From Candidatus Hadarchaeota archaeon (GTDB lineage Archaea > Hadarchaeota > Hadarchaeia > Hadarchaeales > JAWBSP01), in assembly GCA_964474885.1 (NCBI GenBank), contig CAYYWO010000001.1:102722-166721 (forward strand): DNA of 64,000 bases. The letters are read 5' to 3'. The notes below the pieces were generated by a model. It was given only the letters and a program-made list of their open reading frames with translations. It did no database searches and had not been told where the DNA came from. Made by a program: the position numbers and the translations under genes. This document shows, piece after piece, positions 58,071 to 64,000 of the stretch. How positions within the stretch are numbered: position 1 is the stretch's first letter; each line of letters opens with the position of its first letter.

Positions 58071-59300
58071 ATGAGAACCTCTCGCCTGCCTGGATTTCAT
58101 AAATTACCGCTGGATGAACGGGTAAGGCTCGTAAAGGAGTTTGCTGGGTTGGATGAACAGGAGGCTCAAATCTTGAGAACAGGGTTGGATCTGCTTACTG
58201 CCCAGCGGATGGTGGAAAATGTAATAGGTATGTTCCAGTTGCCCTTGGGTATCGCCACAAACTTCCTCATCAACGGGAAGGAGTATCTAGTCCCCATGGT
58301 GACGGAGGAGCCCTCAGTTATTGCGGCTGCTTCTCACGGTGCTAAAATGGTGAGGGAGGGAGGAGGGTTCCGGGCTTGGTCCACCGATCCACTAATGATC
58401 GGGCAGATTCATGTCGTGGAAGCAAAGTCCGGAGCGGAGGCGGAGGTCCTTGCTAGAAAGCGGGAGATATTAGAAGAGGCAAACAGAGCTCATCCAAGAC
58501 TGGTAGAGAGGGGCGGAGGGGCAAGGGAAGTACAGGTAAGGAGAGTCGGCGATTTTTTTGTAGTTCATCTGCTGATCGACGTCAGGGATGCGATGGGAGC
58601 GAACATCGTGAATTCGATGTGCGAGGAGGTGGCGCCGCTCGTTGAGGAGATTACCGGTGGCAAAGTTTTGCTACGTATCCTCTCCAATCTTTGCACCACT
58701 AGGCTGGCAGGAGCTCAAGCCTTAGTTCCGAAGGATGCAGTTGGCGGGGAGGAGGTGGTCAGGAGGATCGTGCAGGCAACCGAATGCGCCCGTTTGGATC
58801 CCTACAGGTGTGCGACGCACAACAAGGGAGTGATGAATGGGATAGTGGCCGTGGCACTGGCGACGGGAAATGACACGAGGGCGATAGAGGCAGGGGCCCA
58901 TTCCTTTGCAGCATTGGACGGGTATAAGCCCCTGACTTCCTGGGAGCAAACTGAGGAAGGGGGCTTGAAGGGGAGGATAGAGATCCCCTTGGCTGTGGGG
59001 ACGGTGGGAGGAGCTACACATCACCCAGTCGCTAGAGTCTGCAGGAAGATCTTGGGGGTGAAGAGCGCCCGAGAGCTGGCGGAGGTGATGGCGAGCGTTG
59101 GTTTAGCCCAGAATCTGGCGGCACTTAGGGCCCTAGTCACGGAGGGCATTCAGCGCGGTCACATGAGGTTGCACGCGAGGAATGTGGCAGCGGCGGCAGG
59201 TGCCAAGGGGGGACTGGTGGATAGGATTGTCGAGCAAATGCTCGAGGAGGGTAGGGTCTCGATCGAGCGGGCCAAGGAAATCTTGAAGGAGTATGCCTGA
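58071..59300 (+). CDS. mvaA: Class II HMG-CoA reductase
   Basis: SRLPGFHK, ENVIG, TEEPSV.AA, DAMGAN, LRILSN, THNKG, QNLAALRAL, GHM.LH. Confidence 0.95.
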   Translation: MRTSRLPGFHKLPLDERVRLVKEFAGLDEQEAQILRTGLDLLTAQRMVENVIGMFQLPLGIATNFLINGKEYLVPMVTEEPSVIAAASHGAKMVREGGGFRAWSTDPLMIGQIHVVEAKSGAEAEVLARKREILEEANRAHPRLVERGGGAREVQVRRVGDFFVVHLLIDVRDAMGANIVNSMCEEVAPLVEEITGGKVLLRILSNLCTTRLAGAQALVPKDAVGGEEVVRRIVQATECARLDPYRCATHNKGVMNGIVAVALATGNDTRAIEAGAHSFAALDGYKPLTSWEQTEEGGLKGRIEIPLAVGTVGGATHHPVARVCRKILGVKSARELAEVMASVGLAQNLAALRALVTEGIQRGHMRLHARNVAAAAGAKGGLVDRIVEQMLEEGRVSIERAKEILKEYA

Positions 59301-61839
59301 GATTTTTGGCATACCCCATTTTCACTTCGACCCGGAGTGGTGGAAAACAGAGTCCGGGTATGCACGGGATGCCTTAGATATTCTGCGTCGGGCAGTCAAG
59401 ATCTTGGAGAAGTACCCGCACTTCAAGTTCACCATAGATACTTTTTATGCCGTGAGACCCGCACTGGCAGACGAGGGCCTTGTCGAAAAGCTCAGGGGGC
59501 TGGCCCGGGAGGGAAGGGTGGAGTTCGTAGGGGGCACGTTCGTGGCTCCCGATGAAAACCTGCCCTGCGGAGAGGCCTTGATCCGCCAGTTCGTTTTGGG
59601 CAAAAAGAAGATAAGGGAGAGCTTCGGTACCGAACCCAAGACGGCTTGGCTGATAGACGAGTTCGGTCACACCCCTCAGCTTCCCCAGATTCTAGCGAAA
59701 TGCGGATTTCGCTGGTTGGTCTTCTCTAGGGGTCCGCGCTGGTACGAGCGCCTGCCAGTAGATTTCAGGTGGAGGGCCCCAGATGGGACGGAAATCCTGG
59801 CGCATTGGTTCTCCCTAAGTTACGTAGGCTTCGTCGCCCTGGAGCCCCTCAAGTGGGCTAGGATGCTCAGGTACCGAAAGGAGCTTGAAACGCAGTTGAA
59901 GTGGGAGGATCCGCCCACGGGTGATTATCTCTTCCCTATGGGGGGTGATTTCACGGCACCTAGGGAGGAATGGCTGGAGGCGATCGAGCGGTGGAACTCC
60001 CAGAACGAGATAAGATTCAGACTAGCAACCCCCCAGGAGTTTTTTGAAAAGCTGGAGAAAAAAGTGAGCGAGCTACCCGTCCACGAAGGCGAGTTTAATC
60101 CCGTTTTCGCTGGCACCTATGAGTCGAGGGAGAAGATCAAGAAGCTCTGCAGGGAGGCTGAGCGCCTACTCTTGGATACCGAGATTCTCTCTTCCTTGGC
60201 TTATGCGTTCGGCGGGGAATACCCAGATCTGAGCCAGGAGTGGGAGAGGCTCCTGTTTAACAACCATCACGACCTCATCACAGGCACCGGAAACGATAGG
60301 GTTTATCGTGCCACAGTCCTGAGGTACGGCATGTGTCTCAAGGGGGCGGGCGAGAAGATGGGATCCGCTATGAGGTACTTGGCGTCCCTTGCGAACACGC
60401 GGGGGAAGGGGAAACCGTTAGTGGTCTTCAACACACTCCCCTGGTCTAGGAGGGCCGTGGTGGAAGTTGAGGGCATCTACCGCGTCTTCAGAGGGAAAGA
60501 AGAGATCCCCTGCCAGTATTCCGAGGGCAGGACGATCTTCATAGCCGATCTTCCATCTCTCGGATATCGCGTTTTCCACCTGTTGGAGGGGGAGAGTAGG
60601 ACATTCGAGACGGCTCTCTCGGTCAGAGGACATGTGATCGAAAACGAGTACTACAGGGTTGAGGTCGGAGAACATGGGATAACCTCAGTTTTTGATAAGC
60701 AACTAAAGAAGGAGCTCTTGGCCGGGATCGGGAACCAATTGGTGGTGGAGGAAGATGTGGGTAATCTGTGGACCCTGTGTAGGACGGGTAAGGTGTGGAG
60801 GGACGAGTACCCAACGGAGGTTAAGGTCACGGAGAGAGGGCCCGTTAGGGCGACCATCGAGATCAGGGGTCCGCACCACAAGCTGGATCGCATCCAGCGG
60901 ATCAGCCTCTACGAAGGTTTGAAAAGGGTCTTTTTTGAAACGCTGGTTAACTTCCGCGGGAGGGATGCTAGGCTGAGGGTAGAGTTCCCGCTCAGAATTC
61001 GGGGCAAACCCCTTTATGAGGTGCCCTTCGCACATGTGAGGAGGAGAGACGGCATCTGGCCCGTGCAGAACTGGGCAGGTCTGAAGGGGAAGGATTTTGG
61101 TGTTTACCTTCTGAACCATGGCATACCCTCCTATGAGACGAAGGAGAATGTCATTTCCCTTGGACTCATGCGCAGTGTATCGGTTCTCTCACCCAACTTT
61201 GCTCTACATTTCCTCCGCAACCTACCCGACATCCTGAGGACATGGGGTAGAGCCCTCGCCTGGTTCACCGAGGGTTACAGATATCTTGAGGAGTACATCA
61301 TGCGTCACCACTACCTAATGTTGCGGGAGTACTCCTCCGCAGGCCCGCCCGTGCAACTCAGGGGAGGGGTCACAATACCTGACCATATTGTGCCGTACTT
61401 CACTAGCTGGAGGGAGGCAGACTGCTGGGAGAGAGGGGTGCACAGGTTTCAGTATGCCTTGTACTCGACTAGCGCAGGGGTTGAGGATGTCGTCCGGAGG
61501 GGTTTGGAGTTCATCTCCCCCCCGAGGCATTATATGGATGTCCCACACGCGGGCAGGTTCCTCAAGAGCAAGAGCCTCGTTGTGCTCCGTCCCTCTAATG
61601 TCATTCTGGTGACCTTGAAGCTGGCGGAAGATGGGGAGGACATAATCGCGAGGCTTTACGAGTGCTCGGGTAGGCAAACAGGTTTTAATCTAACAGTCGC
61701 TTTCCCGATAAGGGAAGCCAGGAAAGTTTCGGCCGATGAGTCCCAGGAGTATGAGGAACTCGCAGTCAGGAGAAACAGTGTCTCGGGGAAGCTCTCGCCC
61801 TTTGAGATCGTAACGCTGAGGCTCAAGCTGGGAGGGTGA
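59293..61839 (+). CDS. GH38 alpha-mannosidase-family glycoside hydrolase
   Basis: HFHFDPEW, DENLP.GE..IRQ, WLIDEFGH (nucleophile), HHDLITGT, C-terminal LKLAEDG...RLYE...PFEI.T. Confidence 0.92.
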   Translation: MPEIFGIPHFHFDPEWWKTESGYARDALDILRRAVKILEKYPHFKFTIDTFYAVRPALADEGLVEKLRGLAREGRVEFVGGTFVAPDENLPCGEALIRQFVLGKKKIRESFGTEPKTAWLIDEFGHTPQLPQILAKCGFRWLVFSRGPRWYERLPVDFRWRAPDGTEILAHWFSLSYVGFVALEPLKWARMLRYRKELETQLKWEDPPTGDYLFPMGGDFTAPREEWLEAIERWNSQNEIRFRLATPQEFFEKLEKKVSELPVHEGEFNPVFAGTYESREKIKKLCREAERLLLDTEILSSLAYAFGGEYPDLSQEWERLLFNNHHDLITGTGNDRVYRATVLRYGMCLKGAGEKMGSAMRYLASLANTRGKGKPLVVFNTLPWSRRAVVEVEGIYRVFRGKEEIPCQYSEGRTIFIADLPSLGYRVFHLLEGESRTFETALSVRGHVIENEYYRVEVGEHGITSVFDKQLKKELLAGIGNQLVVEEDVGNLWTLCRTGKVWRDEYPTEVKVTERGPVRATIEIRGPHHKLDRIQRISLYEGLKRVFFETLVNFRGRDARLRVEFPLRIRGKPLYEVPFAHVRRRDGIWPVQNWAGLKGKDFGVYLLNHGIPSYETKENVISLGLMRSVSVLSPNFALHFLRNLPDILRTWGRALAWFTEGYRYLEEYIMRHHYLMLREYSSAGPPVQLRGGVTIPDHIVPYFTSWREADCWERGVHRFQYALYSTSAGVEDVVRRGLEFISPPRHYMDVPHAGRFLKSKSLVVLRPSNVILVTLKLAEDGEDIIARLYECSGRQTGFNLTVAFPIREARKVSADESQEYEELAVRRNSVSGKLSPFEIVTLRLKLGG

Positions 61840-63482
61840 GGGAGCGTATTTTCAGGGAGGCATCCGCCGAGCGTGTAATAGCGGGCGGGACATGGACCAT
61901 TCTCGCAGGAGCTGCTTTCGGCCTAGTCCCTCTAATCGTTATAATAGCTGGCTCTCGTGTCTTCGGTCCAACCGGCATAGAGTATTACACGACGGCATGG
62001 GCAGTAACGGGCGTGGTCGAGTTAGTGGCCATGGGTCTCTGTGCTACTTATGTACGGTGGGTATCGGAAGCACACGAGAGAGATCCCGAGGAAGCCAGGG
62101 TGATAGCCTCCACCGCAACTCTCTTCACCGTTGTCGTCGGGATATGCCTCTCCGCGGTCTTCTTCCTCCTTATAACCCTATTAATCCATGACCCCGCTGA
62201 CCGTCTTGCATTTTCCTTCATAGCCATGACCGTGCCTCTTTTGTACCTGCGTGATCCTATGTACGCTATGCTGCAGGCAATGCACAGATACGACTACTAT
62301 TCCTTCATGTTCCTCGGGGGTTTCGCAGGTCTTGGCGTGGTGGCAGGTTATCTGCTCTGGCTTAAGAATCCCGCCTATGCTCCCTATTTGGCCTCTACGG
62401 TTCCTGTCTTTACTGCATGTAGCTGGGCGGTCGTGGCGTATTTTTTTCGCAAGGTCTCCCCATTCCCTTACCGCTTCCTCATCTCACCCTCGAACTTCGA
62501 CTTAGGCATTCTCAAGAGATTCTTGGGCTCCTCCATCTGGATCACGGCTTCTAGTTTGGTCCCCTTTGGGGCACTTGTTTTCCTGTCCACAACCCTTGCA
62601 AAAATCCTGGTGCCTCTTCGGGAGTGGGTAGGCATATTTGGGGTGGTTGCTGGATATACATGGGCCTTTGTTGTGGTCACGAACATGGCTCTCCCTCTGG
62701 TCCCGGAGTTGGCGAGGGCGAGGGAGAGGAGGGATCGGAGGACGATGGAAGAATCCACAAGGGCCGTGCTTAAATGGACTTTCGGCATGGGTGCCTTAGT
62801 GATAATCCTGTTCCTAGTGATCGCTGAGCTCCTCCTGTACTCGTTCAACGGCCCCGCCTTTGTGAAGGGCTCCAACCTTCTCAGGATCCTGAATGCCGGG
62901 ATGATCATGTTCGCAGTGGCCACGGTGTTCGGTCAGATACTGGTGGGCTTGGGCAGGGAGGTCGAGGCGGGTCGGGTTTTTCTCCCCGCCTACTTCATGT
63001 TTGTGGTCGGGCCCTGTCTGACGAAATTTCTCGCACCCCACTTCGGGATCCAGGGTGAGCTCTCACTGGGGCTCCTGGATGCATATTCGATCTCCGTCTG
63101 GTTGCTGATCTCGGGATTCCTTGCCAGCGTTATTCTCTTCAGGCGTGCCCTAGAGACCTTGGAGATGGGGTTTGACTGGCCCATGATAGGGAGGGTGTTG
63201 CTTGCTAGTGTTATCTCGCTTGTTCTGGGCTTGTGCCTCGTACCGAGCTGGGGCGCTTTCAACACGAGCTGGGAAGCCCTGGGCGCTCTCTTTGGAGGGG
63301 GCATTGCGGTAGCACTCTGCTTCTTCTTTCTGCTCGTCTTTCTGGGGCACTATGATGAGTTCGACTACCGTATGATTGAGGGGACGGCGGAGGGCATCCA
63401 TCCCTCTCTTCTTCCCCCTGCGAGGGTTGCAATCCACTGGATGAGGAAGATAGCCTCCCTTAACCCCCTGCTCAGACGGTAG
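61836..63482 (+). CDS. MOP-superfamily oligosaccharide flippase-like membrane protein
   Basis: About 14 TM helices; SRVFGPTG...Y, ALPLVPELA, ILVGLGR patterns; GTGA overlap with GH38. Confidence 0.8.
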   Translation: MRERIFREASAERVIAGGTWTILAGAAFGLVPLIVIIAGSRVFGPTGIEYYTTAWAVTGVVELVAMGLCATYVRWVSEAHERDPEEARVIASTATLFTVVVGICLSAVFFLLITLLIHDPADRLAFSFIAMTVPLLYLRDPMYAMLQAMHRYDYYSFMFLGGFAGLGVVAGYLLWLKNPAYAPYLASTVPVFTACSWAVVAYFFRKVSPFPYRFLISPSNFDLGILKRFLGSSIWITASSLVPFGALVFLSTTLAKILVPLREWVGIFGVVAGYTWAFVVVTNMALPLVPELARARERRDRRTMEESTRAVLKWTFGMGALVIILFLVIAELLLYSFNGPAFVKGSNLLRILNAGMIMFAVATVFGQILVGLGREVEAGRVFLPAYFMFVVGPCLTKFLAPHFGIQGELSLGLLDAYSISVWLLISGFLASVILFRRALETLEMGFDWPMIGRVLLASVISLVLGLCLVPSWGAFNTSWEALGALFGGGIAVALCFFFLLVFLGHYDEFDYRMIEGTAEGIHPSLLPPARVAIHWMRKIASLNPLLRR

Positions 63483-64000
63483 GATTGGGCCCCGTCCTCT
63501 TCGAGATACTCTCTATTGCTTCCTCTCAGACATCGAAGGGATTTTTGCCGAGGGGATGGGTTCACGTCCAGGATCTTTGCCAGCTCTGGGAGATATGGAA
63601 CGATCCCAAGATATCCTTTCGTCTCAGCTCCCTCCTGTCAAAGAATCTTCTGCACAGACTCAAGAGGTGCTCGGCACTCCTGCCGGAGCGCCTCCAGCAT
63701 CTCTGTTGGTCCACCGCCTGCACTGCTTGGCCTTCACGGCATGCAGACCCTTTTGTATCGTAACTAACGATGTCCCCACAACGCTTGTGGCCCCTGCCCG
63801 AAGTCTTATGGCGGGTTCCGAGAACTCTGAAATATTCTTTCAATCTCGCACGCGCGGCTTTTCGCTCCCGCCACACATCCAGCCCAGCAGGGTACTCCTC
63901 GACGGACTCCAGACCACCCTGCCAAGACTCTTCCCAGCTCCCGATGCGAGAAGAGCTCCTCAGCTTCAAGTCCTCCAGTTAGAGCACCTGTTCTTGAAAC

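Noticed and set aside
63483-64000. ORFs at the right edge, such as 63562-63969
   Set aside because: No recognisable motifs and several stops; probably degraded or cut by the window edge, so not called.

Overview
Archaeal chromosomal window: it carries a histone, TFB, EF-1alpha, Spt5, rpS8e, Gar1, RFC and the dtdA-ftsZ-secE-spt5-rpl11-rpl1-rpl10-rpl12 operon. Gene content fits a euryarchaeote-like lineage; Hadarchaeota is a guess the sequence alone cannot prove. Most of the window is housekeeping: an inositol-lipid cluster, translation genes, four tRNAs (Ile-GAT, iMet-CAT, Val-TAC, Ser-TGA), a folate-dependent purine cluster, ileS and metG. The most unusual region is a tightly coupled five-gene minus-strand operon at 38570-48310. 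Three genes encode type IV pilin-like proteins, two of them loaded with nested glycan-binding domains (legume-type lectin, LamG, DNRLRE/CBM96-like, DUF2341, split PA14, CBM-like repeats). The giant 1.6-kaa pilin-like protein and two small secreted proteins share a phage tail-fibre-like module (GxVGIG...LE repeat plus a C-terminal IQWG...WIAIG domain), suggesting a heterotrimeric fibre adhesin displayed on an archaeal pilus. Other candidates are an orphan TctA-like permease coupled to a membrane-anchored tandem OB-fold protein near a membrane nuclease (possible nucleic-acid uptake), an HMG-CoA reductase/GH38/flippase operon, a second minor-pilin operon, a ThiI homologue with a dead PP-loop, several bacterial-type enzymes and decayed toxin-antitoxin loci. 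All domain calls come from motif recognition by eye; no database searches were run.
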